Positions 10,564 through 21,104 of a stretch of 64,000 nucleotides of DNA are shown piece after piece. The position numbers and the translations under genes were made by a program. Each line of letters starts with the position of its first letter. Positions within the stretch are counted from its first letter, which is position 1. Source of the DNA: an uncultured Nitrososphaerota archaeon (GTDB lineage: Archaea; Thermoproteota; Nitrososphaeria; Conexivisphaerales; DTJL01); contig CAWJIE010000003.1 of the NCBI GenBank assembly GCA_963842885.1, positions 448,001-512,000 on the forward strand, given 5' to 3'. The notes under the pieces were generated by a model that was not told the origin of the DNA, searched no databases, and saw nothing but the letters and a program-made list of their open reading frames with translations.

Positions 10564-11211
10564 ATGGTGGTCAGCGGTGACGTCTCCGAATCCGGCATGA
10601 GCATGGTCCAGTATAACGGGCGGAGCTTCTTTCTGGCCAGCGGCGAATCGGACGTGGGAGTCGTGCTCGTCCACCAGATCCACGGCCTGGATGACTACAT
10701 AAAGTCCGTCTCTACCAAGCTCGCTGCGGCGGGCTTCAGCGCGGCGGCGGCCGACCTGCAGGAGGGGATGAAACTCCGGGAGGCCGTCACTAGGGAGGAG
10801 CTGCTGTCGGCCTTCGAGAGCGGCATGAACCTTCTCATGGATCGCACCGGAGCAGGCGTGAAGGTGGGGTCGATGGGCTTCTGCATGGGAGGGGGCTTCG
10901 CGCTCCAGGGAGCCTGCGACCTCGACATGAAGTTCTGTGTAGACTACTACGGGATGATAAATGACGTCGAGGAAGTGAAGGGCCTCAGGGGACCTGTCCT
11001 CTTGATCCTTGGGAGTGACGACGAAAGGGTCACGCCCTGGGCGTTCCAAGCCTTCCTGCCTTCTGCGGTGAAGTACAAGAAGCGGGTGGACGTGCACCTC
11101 TATCCTAACGCAAGGCACGCCTTCCACGACCCCGGCTGGGAGGGATACAATCCCCAGGCCGCCGAAGACGCGTGGAAGAAGACGCTGCTCTTCCTGTCAC
11201 AGTTCAAGTGA
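10564..11211 (+). CDS. Dienelactone hydrolase family protein
   Basis: Nucleophile elbow GFCMGG, acid GSDD and YPNARHAF His motif. Confidence 0.9.
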   Translation: MVVSGDVSESGMSMVQYNGRSFFLASGESDVGVVLVHQIHGLDDYIKSVSTKLAAAGFSAAAADLQEGMKLREAVTREELLSAFESGMNLLMDRTGAGVKVGSMGFCMGGGFALQGACDLDMKFCVDYYGMINDVEEVKGLRGPVLLILGSDDERVTPWAFQAFLPSAVKYKKRVDVHLYPNARHAFHDPGWEGYNPQAAEDAWKKTLLFLSQFK

Positions 11212-11597
11212 CCATGTCGTTCGCGTGTTCGCGTCCATGTTCGCATGTTCGTTCGCGTACTCTAGTTCTTCCGGCATACACGCCCAGAGCAGGATTGTTC
11301 TGCTCATCTTTTAGCCTGTCCATTGCATGACACGAACATCTGGTCTGTGGTTCGATAACATGCGAACGAACACCCGAACAGGACTCTGACACTGACTCAG
11401 GCAGCAGCTGTAGCTAGTGGATTGGGTGTCCTGAAGCTAACATGAATTCAAGCCTTCCGCAAGGGTAGGAACTTCGAACCTGTCTCTTTGGACAGGACGA
11501 GATGCATACCTGTTACGGGTTCAAGTACAGCAGGGGCGTCGAATTCCGGCTACCTAATCAACAGGAAAGTGGCCAAGTCAAAGGAGGTCTCGAAAAT

Positions 11598-12083
11598 TCA
11601 GTCGGCGTGCTGCAGCTTCGAGACCTTGTGACGTGCCTCCAGAGCCGCCTTCGTTATCTCTAAGTAGGCCCCGCAGCGGCACAGGTTTCCTTCGACGGCC
11701 GTCTTGATCTCATCCTCCGAGCAGAGGGGCTTCTCCTGGATTAGGGCGTAAAGGGTGATCAGGAATCCGGGAGTACAGTAGCCGCACTGAAGCGCGTTGG
11801 ATTCAGTGAAGCGCCGCTGCAACCTCTTTACGAGCTCATCTTCGGCTAGGCCTTCCAGGGTGATTACGCTCCTTCCCTTCACCTTCGCGGCCAACACCAG
11901 GCAGGAGTTGACCGGCAGTCCATCCATCAGGACCGTGCAGGCCCCGCATTCGCCGGTTTCGCATCCCCTCTTGACGCTGACCACGCCGAAGCTGTGCTTG
12001 AGGACGTCGAGGAGCGAGCTGCCGGGATGGACGTCCGCCTCCACTTTGGTGCCGTTGAGCCTAAAGGCGATGTGTAACTCCAC
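11598..12083 (-). CDS. Mo-hydroxylase 2x[2Fe-2S] small subunit (CoxS/CutS-like)
   Basis: GCETGECGACTV, QCGYCTPG and GNLCRCG. Confidence 0.93.
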   Translation of the reverse strand: MELHIAFRLNGTKVEADVHPGSSLLDVLKHSFGVVSVKRGCETGECGACTVLMDGLPVNSCLVLAAKVKGRSVITLEGLAEDELVKRLQRRFTESNALQCGYCTPGFLITLYALIQEKPLCSEDEIKTAVEGNLCRCGAYLEITKAALEARHKVSKLQHAD

Positions 12084-12085
12084 CC

Positions 12086-12949
12086 TTATTCGCCTCCGGC
12101 CCTCTCCACCGCTGTGCGAAGCGCCTTCTCAGTAAGCACCGCCGCCATCTTCTCCCTGTATGCGGCGCTCGCCCTCACATCTCCGATCGGCGATATGTCT
12201 CTCGACACCAGCTTCGCCGCGGCTCTCAGGCTCTCCCTCGATGCGATCCTTCCGTGGAGATAGGCTTCTACGTGCGTCGCCCTCACCGGAGTGGGGGCTG
12301 CGCTCCCAAGGAACACTCGGACCTGGCCCACCTTTCCGCCAGACAGCCTGACGAGCGCCGCCACGCTGACGACAGCCAATATGCTGGCTTGCCTCTTGCC
12401 CAGCTTGACGAAGGCACACCCGCCGCGGGGCTTCGGAATCGAGACCCGGGTGACGAGATCTCCGTCTTGCAAGACCGTCTTCCCAGGACCCAAGAAGAAC
12501 TTCTCCAAGGGAATCGTGACCTCGTCGTCGCCTCGCCTCACCGACAGCCGCGCGCCGTAGGCCAGCAGGGGCGGCGCCGAATCCGCCGCCGGCGACGCGT
12601 TGCATAGGTTCCCCCCCAGCGTAGCCAAGTTGCGCACCTGCCATGCAGCGAAGAGGTCCGACGCTTCCTTTAGTGCGACGAGCTCCCTGGCGACGACCGA
12701 TGAGCGTCGCACTTCCTCTATGGTAGTGAAGGCGCCGATCGCTATGAAGTCGCCTTCGTCATTTATCCCTGACATGCCATTCGCGGCGGAGACGTCAATG
12801 AGGTACTCCGCCTTGGCCTTACCACTGCGCAGCTGCACCATAAGGTCAGTGCCTCCCCCCATGTAACGCGACACTCCCTTCTGCGATGCGGCGAACTTGA
12901 CCGCTGCCGCTGGGTCACTGAAGGCCCTGTATTCCACACGAGGTATCAG
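12086..12949 (-). CDS. Mo-hydroxylase FAD subunit (CoxM/CutM-like)
   Basis: GGGTDL, VRNLATLGGNLCNASPAAD and DVRASAAYR. The true start is near 12949 (CTG overlapping the upstream TGA) or 12937 (GTG), not 13495. Confidence 0.9.
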   Translation of the reverse strand: MIPRVEYRAFSDPAAAVKFAASQKGVSRYMGGGTDLMVQLRSGKAKAEYLIDVSAANGMSGINDEGDFIAIGAFTTIEEVRRSSVVARELVALKEASDLFAAWQVRNLATLGGNLCNASPAADSAPPLLAYGARLSVRRGDDEVTIPLEKFFLGPGKTVLQDGDLVTRVSIPKPRGGCAFVKLGKRQASILAVVSVAALVRLSGGKVGQVRVFLGSAAPTPVRATHVEAYLHGRIASRESLRAAAKLVSRDISPIGDVRASAAYREKMAAVLTEKALRTAVERAGGE

Positions 12950-15294
12950 GAAGGTTCGCCTCCATGGATGAGCCCGTAAACACGCTCCGGCGTGAGCGGT
13001 ATCTCGTCGGGGGCCTTCCCCACGGCGTCCTTGACCGCATTGGCGATGGCCGCGGCCATGGGGATAAGGGCCATTTCGCCTACCCCCTTCGCTCCGAAGG
13101 GGCCATAGCTGAACAGGTCTTCCGAGCAGACGAGCTCCTCCACTGGGGGCATGTCCCTGACCGTGGGCACCAAGTAGTCTGTGAAGTTGGGATTGAGCAC
13201 CCTGCCCTCCTTGGTGACCACCTCCTCCATCAAAGCGTAGCCCATCCCCTGGGCCACCGCACCGTGTACCTGAGCCTCCACAAGGCCGGGGTTCAGTATT
13301 CTGCCGGAAGCCAGGCCGGGCCAGACGCGCTGGACGGACACGGCGCCCGTCTCCGTGTCGACCTCGACCTCTACGATGACCGCCATATAGCTGAAGGCAG
13401 GGTAGGCGAAGCCGCTGCCCTTCTCCTCGTCGAACTTGCCTTTCGGCACGAAGAAGTAGCCGGTGGAGGCGGTCTCCACCCCCGTGGTGTAGCATTCATT
13501 GATCAGGTCGCCCCAAGCGACCTTCCTCTGCCTGAACCTCGAGTCGAAGACGAATCCCTTCTGAATCATCACGTTCTTGGGTTCGCAATCGAGCATCTTG
13601 GCGGCCGCTCCCTCCAAGTTCCTTCTCAGGCGAGAAGCCGCGACCAACATTCCGGCCATACCGACGCTTGAGCCTCTTGAAGCGTGGGTTGCCCCCGTGT
13701 CCGGGGCGTCCGACGTGCCCATATGCATGGTTATCGCGTCGATGTCCACGCCTAGGACTTCAGATATGACCTGCGCCGTGCTCGTCGTAGTGCCCTGCCC
13801 CATCTCTACGATGCCTGTGTAGGCATCTACGCTTCCGTCCCTCCTGATGACGATGTATCCGCTTGACCAATCGGGGACTCCCCTGCTGGTGCTAATCCCG
13901 TGCCAGGCGCAGGCGACGCCAATCCCTTGGGCCCTGCCGTTGGCAGCCCAGGCAGGCCTCCTCCTCTTGGCGCTCCAGGAGCTTCCCGTGGCCGTCTTCT
14001 CTAACGCTTCGTAAATCCCCACCGAGTCGACGAGCCTCTGGCCGGTAATCGTCAAGGATCCCTCCCTTAGGAGATTCTTCAGCCTCAGCTCCACGGGGTC
14101 CATCTCCAACCTGTCGGCTATGGCGTCGATGTTGGATTCGGCAGCCAGTTGAATCGAAGGGTTGCCGAAGCCACGGAAAGACCCTCCGTAAATCATGTGT
14201 GTGTAGACAAGCCGCCCGTCCACCTTCGCGTTGGGGACGAAGTACGGGCCGGAGGCATGCATCGTGGCCCGCCAGAGGGTGAAGGGGCCCCTATTGGCGT
14301 AGGCTCCCGCATCGAATAGGATGTTCACGTCGATGGCCTTGAGCAGGCCATCGGAGGAGGCTCCGGTCTTGTATCTGATTATCGTCCTCTCACGCTTGCA
14401 GTGAGAGCTGAAGCTGTCCTCTCTGCTGTAGTTTAACATGACCGGCCGGCGCAGCTTATGGGCTGCCACCGCCGCCTGGGCCGAGACAATTGGGCCCATG
14501 TCGTCCTTCCCTCCGAATCCCCCCCCGATGGCCGACTGGACAATCCTGACTTCCCTCTGCTGCCACCCAAGGACCCGGGCGACAATCTTCTGCGCAAGAT
14601 GAGGGTACTGGCTGCATGAAATGACTGTCATCCCTTCGGAAGTCGGCATGGCCAAGGCCCCTTCCGCCTCGATGTATGCGTGGTCTTGGTAACCGGTCCG
14701 GTACGTCCTTTCTATGATTACGTCGGACTGGGAGAAGCCCGTCTCTATGTCGCCCCTCCTCACCCTGGTTTCGATGGCCACGTTGGACTTGTGCTCTTCA
14801 TGCACCAGAACCTTGGAGTCAGCGGCTTCGGAGGGATCGTAGACCGCCGCCTTCTCTTTCAGCTCGACCTTGACGGAAGCAGTCGCCTCCTCGGCGGCCT
14901 CGGGCGACTGGGCGACGGCCAGGCCGACGGGCTCCCCGTGGAACCTGAGTACCCCGTCGGCGAACGCGGGCTGGTCGAGAATGAAGTAGCCGACCTGGTT
15001 CTTGCCTGGCACGTCCCGAGCCGTTATGCCAGCTACGAAGCCTGGGACCTTCGCCGCTTCGTCGAATCGCACTCCGAGGAGGTGAGCCGAGCTGACGGGG
15101 CTCTTGACGATCCTCGCGAAGAGCATGTCGCGGGAGAAGTTATCCTCCATGAACTTCCCCTTCCCCAGGACCTTCTCCATGGAGTCGACCCTCGTGACCG
15201 ACTTCCCGACGACGACGAGATCCTTGGCGTGGAGCCATCGATCTAGGAGCCCTTGATAGTCCTCCATCTCCGTCTTCGACACGCTGGTGCTCAT
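12946..15294 (-). CDS. Xanthine dehydrogenase-family molybdopterin-binding subunit
   Basis: GGGFGGK, FRGFGNP, EMGQG, THASRG and FGAKGVGE. Confidence 0.95.
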   Translation of the reverse strand: MSTSVSKTEMEDYQGLLDRWLHAKDLVVVGKSVTRVDSMEKVLGKGKFMEDNFSRDMLFARIVKSPVSSAHLLGVRFDEAAKVPGFVAGITARDVPGKNQVGYFILDQPAFADGVLRFHGEPVGLAVAQSPEAAEEATASVKVELKEKAAVYDPSEAADSKVLVHEEHKSNVAIETRVRRGDIETGFSQSDVIIERTYRTGYQDHAYIEAEGALAMPTSEGMTVISCSQYPHLAQKIVARVLGWQQREVRIVQSAIGGGFGGKDDMGPIVSAQAAVAAHKLRRPVMLNYSREDSFSSHCKRERTIIRYKTGASSDGLLKAIDVNILFDAGAYANRGPFTLWRATMHASGPYFVPNAKVDGRLVYTHMIYGGSFRGFGNPSIQLAAESNIDAIADRLEMDPVELRLKNLLREGSLTITGQRLVDSVGIYEALEKTATGSSWSAKRRRPAWAANGRAQGIGVACAWHGISTSRGVPDWSSGYIVIRRDGSVDAYTGIVEMGQGTTTSTAQVISEVLGVDIDAITMHMGTSDAPDTGATHASRGSSVGMAGMLVAASRLRRNLEGAAAKMLDCEPKNVMIQKGFVFDSRFRQRKVAWGDLINECYTTGVETASTGYFFVPKGKFDEEKGSGFAYPAFSYMAVIVEVEVDTETGAVSVQRVWPGLASGRILNPGLVEAQVHGAVAQGMGYALMEEVVTKEGRVLNPNFTDYLVPTVRDMPPVEELVCSEDLFSYGPFGAKGVGEMALIPMAAAIANAVKDAVGKAPDEIPLTPERVYGLIHGGEPS

Positions 15295-15392
15295 GAAGAC
15301 CTGAAAGAGGAGCCGCTATACGTTATATAAGCAATTAAGGGGGAATGCTCCGTGATGCCCGTCCCTATTACACATGTAATAACCCGGAGTCG

Positions 15393-16322
15393 CTACTTCC
15401 CGAGTATCTCCTTAATCAAGGCCGCCCTGACGAACATTCCATTCCGGGCCTGGTCGAAGTACTTAGCGATGGGCAGGCCGTCCAGGTCCGTGCTCAATTC
15501 GTCCACACGCGGGAGAGGGTGCATGAGGAAGGGCACCTTCTTGAAAGGGGCGAGTGAAGATCGACTGAGCTGGTACGAGCCTTTGAGCCTTTCATATTCC
15601 GTCAGGTCGGCGAATCTCTCCTTCTGAAGCCTTGTGACGTAGAGGAAGTCCAGCCTCTCGACCACCTCCTGGTATGTTTCGGCGAAAGAGGACTTGGCAC
15701 TCCTGAGAGATGCGACTACCTCCGGCCTCACTTGTAGCTCTCTTGGGGCTATGTAGGTGATTTGAACGCCGTCGAACTTGTCCAGGGCGTATGACAGGCT
15801 GCTGGTGGTGCGGCTGTGCATCAGGTCGCCCATCATGCCTATCTTCACGCCGTCGATCGAACCCCTCACGCGCTTGATGGTGTAAAGGTCGAGCATGGCC
15901 TGGGTGGGATGCTCGTTGGATCCGTCGCCGGCGTTCACGACAGGGGCCATGCAGATATCGGCCGCCACGCCGGCCGCTCCCGGCGTCTTGTTCCTAACCG
16001 CGATGACGTCAGGCGAATATCCATCCACCATCCGCATGGTGTCTTCGAATGTCTCCCCCTTGGCGATGGAAGCGGCCTCAGCCAACCCGAAGTCTATCAC
16101 ATGGCCGCCTGCCTTGACCATGGCGAACTGGAAGCTCAACCTCGTCCTAGTTGAAGGTTCGAGGAAGACGGTGGCCAGGAGCTTTCCTCGCAGGAGGTCC
16201 AGCATCCCTTCGCGCTCCATGGCGAGCCGGATGCCATCCGCATCCGTCAGCAGGCCGTCTAACGCTTCGCGCCCTATCTCCTTGGTCGAGATAACGTCTT
16301 TGCCAGCAAAAGGCGAGGTCAT
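15393..16322 (-). CDS. pyrB: Aspartate carbamoyltransferase catalytic subunit
   Basis: FLEPSTRTRLSF, KGET, NAGDG..EHPTQ, ATCase-specific TRLQKER and HPLPR. Confidence 0.93.
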   Translation of the reverse strand: MTSPFAGKDVISTKEIGREALDGLLTDADGIRLAMEREGMLDLLRGKLLATVFLEPSTRTRLSFQFAMVKAGGHVIDFGLAEAASIAKGETFEDTMRMVDGYSPDVIAVRNKTPGAAGVAADICMAPVVNAGDGSNEHPTQAMLDLYTIKRVRGSIDGVKIGMMGDLMHSRTTSSLSYALDKFDGVQITYIAPRELQVRPEVVASLRSAKSSFAETYQEVVERLDFLYVTRLQKERFADLTEYERLKGSYQLSRSSLAPFKKVPFLMHPLPRVDELSTDLDGLPIAKYFDQARNGMFVRAALIKEILGK

Positions 16323-16350
16323 GGGTCCTACGAGCAAAAGCGCCCCGGGC

Positions 16351-16370
16351 CAGCTAATAAGCAATTCAAA
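16351..16370 (-). promoter_or_regulatory. TATA/BRE-like promoter of pyrB (probably near-leaderless)
   Basis: Minus strand TTGAATTGCTTATTAGCTG about 30 bp before the start. Similar AAWTGCTTWWW boxes precede genes starting at 4582, 15294, 16554 and 23563. Confidence 0.6.
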
Positions 16371-16553
16371 TCCTTGTACTATGTAACCCCATTCAGGAGA
16401 ACCCTCTGAGGGCCGTCGATGCAGTTTCCTCTACCAGCGCGGAGGACGCGGACAAGAGCTGGAGGCGCGCCTTTGTTGAAATGCGGACTTGAATCCGACC
16501 ACAGCGCAAGACTCCAGCAAATGCTTTAACGTCGCGATGGATTCCGCAGTCGT

Positions 16554-17911
16554 ATGCGTGAAGGCGAAGTCTTGGTTTCAGGCGGGACCGTCGTCACCTC
16601 TGATTCTGTCTTCAAGGCCGATGTCCTCGTGACCGGAGGGCGCATAGCGAAGGTTGGCAGGAACCTGATGGCCGATGGAGGAAGGGTCTTGGATGCCACC
16701 GGGCTCTTCGTCCTCCCGGGTGCCATCGACGGGCACGTACACATGAGGGACCCGGGGCTCACCGAGAAGGAGGACTTCTCCAGCGGGACGGCCGCCGCCG
16801 CAGCCGGCGGGGTCACCACTGTGTTGGAGATGCCCAATACGCTCCCTCCGGTGGAATCCGTGCAGAGGCTTCTGGAGAAGAAGGAGGCCCTTTCGCCCAA
16901 GGCCGTCGTCGATTTCGGCCTCTATAGCCGTGCTTTATGACGGCAACGCCAGCGAAGTGGTGGGCATCGCAAGGGCTGGGGCCGTGGGCTTCAAGGCTTT
17001 CATGGGCCCCACCACCGGGAACATACCGCCTCCCTCCGATGCCTCCATCTTCGAGTCCCTTTCTGCTCTCAGGCCGCTGGGGGTGCCCATCGCCTTCCAT
17101 GCGGAGAACCAGTCCATGATCACCTACTACACCAACAAGGTCAGGGCCACCGGGAGGATGGACCCCAAGGCCCATTGCGATGCCCGGCCCCCAATCTGCG
17201 AGACCGAGGCCGTCAACAGGGTCTCCTTCTTGGCCAGCAGGTCCGGAGGGAAGGCTCACATCGTCCACATCAGCACGGGGGAGGCGATGCGGCTGGTGGA
17301 GGAGCACAGGGCCAGGGGGGCATCCATCACCTGCGAGACCAACCCACAGTATCTCTCCATGACAGAGGAGGACATGGCCAGGCTGGGCGGCTTGGGCAAG
17401 AATCAACCCTCCGCTGCGAACTGAAGCCGACCGGAACGCGCTGTGGGATGGGATTGCTAATGGCATGGTGGAGTGCATAGGCTCCGACCACGCACCCCAT
17501 CTCGTGTCGGAGAAGCTTGGGACGAACATCTGGGACGTTCCCTCCGGTTTCATCGGGGTCGAGACCCTTCTGCCCATCATGCTGGACTTCGTAAGCCAGG
17601 GGAAGATCTCCCTGCAGAGGGTGGTAACGCTGCTATCTAGGAACCCGGCTAGGCTATATGGGATTGCCGAAAGGAAGGGCGAGATCAAGGAGGGCGCCGA
17701 TGGTGACCTCGCCATCGTGGACCTGACCCAGGAGCGGATAATCAGGGCGGACCTCCTTCATAGCAAACAGAAAGTTACCCCCTTCGAAGGGAGGAAAGTC
17801 AGGGCCACCATCAAATATACGATAGTCAGAGGGAACGTTGTCTACGACGGTGAGGTCCTGGCCCCCGCCGGCGAATGGGTCAGGCCGAGCTGGGCCGACG
17901 CGACCTCGTAG
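16554..17911 (+). CDS. Cyclic amidohydrolase (dihydroorotase/allantoinase family), +1 frameshifts near 16926 and 17401
   Basis: DGHVHMRDPG, AAAGGVTTVLEMPNT, GFKAFM, FHAEN, HIVHIS, restored KINPPLR and GSDHAPH across three ORF pieces. Confidence 0.9.
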
Positions 17912-17981
17912 GATAGCTTCTTCGACGGCCGGATACCTGCCCCTGCAATGTTAATGACTTCCTTTCATGAGATTCTATGCA

Positions 17982-18922
17982 ATGCACATCGCGGTCTTCG
18001 GTACCGGCAGAGTGGAGCGGCCCACGGCCTTCGCCATCATGCTGAAAGACGTCGCGGACGAGCTGACCGTGTGCGACACCAAAGCTAACCTCGCAAGAGC
18101 CGTTAGAAACGACCTTTCACACGCGGCTCCTGGGTATCACCTTGACACGAAGTTGTATGCGACCGAGAAGGATGAAGACGTCACCGGGGCCGACGTCGTG
18201 GTCATCACCGCCGGCTTCCCCAGGCCCCAGGGGTCCACATCAGCCGAAGGGACTTGGCGTCGAAGAACGCCTCCATAGTCGCACAGGTAGCTTCCGCGTC
18301 CAGGGACAGGAACCCAGGCGCGAAGTACGTCGTCGTCACCAACCCTGTCGACTCCATGGCCATGGTTTGCCATAGGTTCACCGAAGCATCCTTCGTAATC
18401 AGCACCGGGACCAACCTGGAGTCGCAGAGGCTCAGGAGCACGCTCGCAGAGAAGCTTGATGCACCAGCATCGGCTATACAGGGTTGGGCTGGCGGCGAAC
18501 ATGGGGAGAAAGCTGCCGTCCTGTGGTCCACCGTCCGAGTGGAAGGTCTTTCCTTTGAGGATGCGACCGCCAAAGTGGGCACGGCCCTCACGAGAGAAGA
18601 TGTGGCCAATCATATCCGGGCCGTTTCGGAGACGATAGTTGACGGCTTGGGCACGACCGAATACGGTCCTGCGGCCTCCTTCTCGAGGATTGTCAACGCC
18701 ATAGTGAGAAATACCGATGAGGTGCTGGCAATTGCCACGCCCCGTCGGATTCCGGGAATCGAGGAAGACGTCTGGGTGAGCGCACCTGTCAGGGTAGGGC
18801 AGCGGCTGGATACGTCGCCCTTTGAGGCGCTTCTCCCAGAGGAGAAAGGGCTGGTCGCTGACGCGGCCTGGGCCATTTACGAGACGTTCAACGTGGCCTC
18901 CGCCTCGCTCGCATCCAAGTAA
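17982..18922 (+). CDS. Malate/lactate dehydrogenase family protein, frameshift near 18230
   Basis: IAVFGTGRV, ADVVVITAGFPR, restored SRRDLASKN, VVTNPVD and GGEHGE. Confidence 0.85.
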
Positions 18923-18959
18923 AAGGCAATTAAGCCACAGATAGGGACCTAGGGACGAC

Positions 18960-21104
18960 TTGAACGGAGTCGAATCCTTCTTCTCCCCCCGTTCCATCGC
19001 CATAGCCGGCGCTTCCGTCGATCCCTTCAAGGTCGCTTCGGTCATCTTTTCCAACCTCATCAGGAACGCTAAGAGCGGTCTGCTGAAGGCTTCGGTCTAC
19101 GCCATCAATCCTCGATACCGGAAGATTGGGGACGAGCCATGCTATAGGGACGTGGATTCCCTCCCTGAAGCCCCGGAGCTTTTCGTCGTGGCCGTGCCTC
19201 TGGGCCTGACGGTCGACTTGGTAAGACAAGCCTGTAACAGAGGTTCGAAGGCCATCATCATAATCACCGGCGGGTTCGGCGAAGCCGGCCACGAAGACCT
19301 TGAAGCTGAGATAAGGTCAATCACTTCAGCGAAGGGGGTCAGGGTCCTGGGACCGAACACGATCGGCCTCCTTGACACGACCTCGGGGGTCGACACCCTC
19401 TTCCTTCCCACGACCAAGAAGCTTCCCTCCGGAAGAGAGGTTGTTTCGCTTAATCCGCCGTCCAAGGGCGGGGTGGTCATCGTCACCCAGAGCGGCCACC
19501 TAGGTGAAATCATCGCCGAGGAGCTCGGCGCCAATCAAATAGGTGTGCGGGCGCTAGTGGGGGTGGGCAACCAGCTGGACGTCTCCATCGGGGATGTCGT
19601 GGAGCACTTTGCCGACGACCCGCAGACCAAGGTGGTGGCCCTCTACCTTGAAGGTCTGAAGGACGGTCGCCGCTTCCTCAGAGAGGTCTCCCGCGCCGCC
19701 AAGAGCAAACCTGTGGTCGTGTTCAAGCTGGGCAAGTCGCAGGCAGGCGCAAGAGCCGCCCTTACGCACACCGCCTCCATGGTGGGCGACTACCAGGTCT
19801 ACCGCGCTGCCTTCAGGAAGGCCGGCCTTCTGGAGGCCGAGACATTGGAGGACCTAGTGGATTACTGCACGGCCCTGTCGTTGGCCCCTGCGGCCTCCGG
19901 GAACAGGATCCTCATCATCACCAACGCCGGCGGCTCCGGCGCCATAGCCGCCGACAGGAGCGATAGGATGGGCCTGCGAGTGGAACCCCTGAGCGAAAGG
20001 GCGGTCAGCGGGATCAGGTCAGCGTTCGCAGATTCCAGCTTCATCAGGATCGTGAGCCTGAATAACCCTCTCGATCTCACGGCGACGGCCACCACGGAGG
20101 AGTTCGTCGCCATCTCTGAATACCTCGTCACGTCGCCCGACTACGACCTCATGGTGGTCGTTCCCACGCACCAGCCTCCCTCCATCGAGTATGGCATCGT
20201 GGAAGGCATCGTGAAGGTGGCGAAGAAGACGAAGAAACCAGTAGTCGTGTGCGTCATGGGCACCTCAGAGCTGGCCCACATGTTGCACTCCGAGTTCCTC
20301 TCCAACGGGGTGGCGAGCTTCCCGTCCCCCGAGAGGGCTATCGGAGCGCTCTGGGCGCTCGTCCAGAGCCAGAAGCTCAGGGCCGGGATTTCGCCGCCGG
20401 AGGAGCTCCGGAGCGACGACAGGGTCTCCTGGCTGAAGGAAAGGAATGGGTTCCTTCTGCAGCTCGACGCCAGCAGGCTGCTCGCTGAATACGGCATCGA
20501 CTCCGGGCGGTGGATCGTAGCATCGTCAAAGGAGGATCTCGCAAAGGCCGTACGCACAATCGGTTTCCCGCTGGTCTGCAAGTTGCTCTCGAAGGACCTC
20601 ATCCACAAGACCGAGAAGAATGCAGTGAGGCTGAACGTCAAGAGCAGGGCCGAGCTTGCCTCCACATTCGAGGAGCTTCGTGCCCTGGCCGCCCAGTCCA
20701 AGCTTCATTTTGACGGCGTGCTAGTGCAGGAGATGCTGGAGAAGGGCGTGGAGATGATACTCGGCAGCCTTCGGGATCCCACCTTCGGCCCCACGGTGAT
20801 CCTGGGAATGGGTGGTGTCTACACCGAGGTGTTGAAGGATTTTGCCATGGGGGTGGCGCCGGTCGACGAATCGGAGGCCGCCGACATGATAGCCAGCCTC
20901 AGGATGCGCACGTTGTTGCGAGGGTTTCGAAACCTTCGCAAGACGGACGAGGCGGCCCTGGCTGCCGTCGTAGCAAAGTTCTCCAGGATGCTGGTCGAAA
21001 ACCCCAGCCTGAAGGAGGCGGAGATAAACCCCCTCATCGCCGTCGGCGGGAGGATGGTCGCGGTGGATTCTCGAATCATCGTCCGCCAGCGTCTTCCCAG
21101 GTGA
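18960..21104 (+). CDS. Acyl-CoA synthetase (ADP-forming), fused alpha-beta
   Basis: SIAIAGAS, GGFGE, LGPNTIG, QSG, phospho-His THTASM, TNAGGSG, NPLDLT and ATP-grasp HKTE...VQEM...DPTFGP...EINPL. Confidence 0.93.
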   Translation: MNGVESFFSPRSIAIAGASVDPFKVASVIFSNLIRNAKSGLLKASVYAINPRYRKIGDEPCYRDVDSLPEAPELFVVAVPLGLTVDLVRQACNRGSKAIIIITGGFGEAGHEDLEAEIRSITSAKGVRVLGPNTIGLLDTTSGVDTLFLPTTKKLPSGREVVSLNPPSKGGVVIVTQSGHLGEIIAEELGANQIGVRALVGVGNQLDVSIGDVVEHFADDPQTKVVALYLEGLKDGRRFLREVSRAAKSKPVVVFKLGKSQAGARAALTHTASMVGDYQVYRAAFRKAGLLEAETLEDLVDYCTALSLAPAASGNRILIITNAGGSGAIAADRSDRMGLRVEPLSERAVSGIRSAFADSSFIRIVSLNNPLDLTATATTEEFVAISEYLVTSPDYDLMVVVPTHQPPSIEYGIVEGIVKVAKKTKKPVVVCVMGTSELAHMLHSEFLSNGVASFPSPERAIGALWALVQSQKLRAGISPPEELRSDDRVSWLKERNGFLLQLDASRLLAEYGIDSGRWIVASSKEDLAKAVRTIGFPLVCKLLSKDLIHKTEKNAVRLNVKSRAELASTFEELRALAAQSKLHFDGVLVQEMLEKGVEMILGSLRDPTFGPTVILGMGGVYTEVLKDFAMGVAPVDESEAADMIASLRMRTLLRGFRNLRKTDEAALAAVVAKFSRMLVENPSLKEAEINPLIAVGGRMVAVDSRIIVRQRLPR

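Noticed and set aside
12950-13495. Apparent long N-terminal extensions (ORFs ending at 13495, 21839, 27671, 6308; starting at 35753, 34211)
   Set aside because: They overlap neighbouring genes or promoters, and better starts lie at stop/start overlaps or just after TATA boxes.
16554-18922. Treating the frameshifted genes as true pseudogenes or programmed frameshifts
   Set aside because: Motifs are essentially intact, there are no in-frame stops or slippery heptamers, and the same indel pattern affects unrelated genes.
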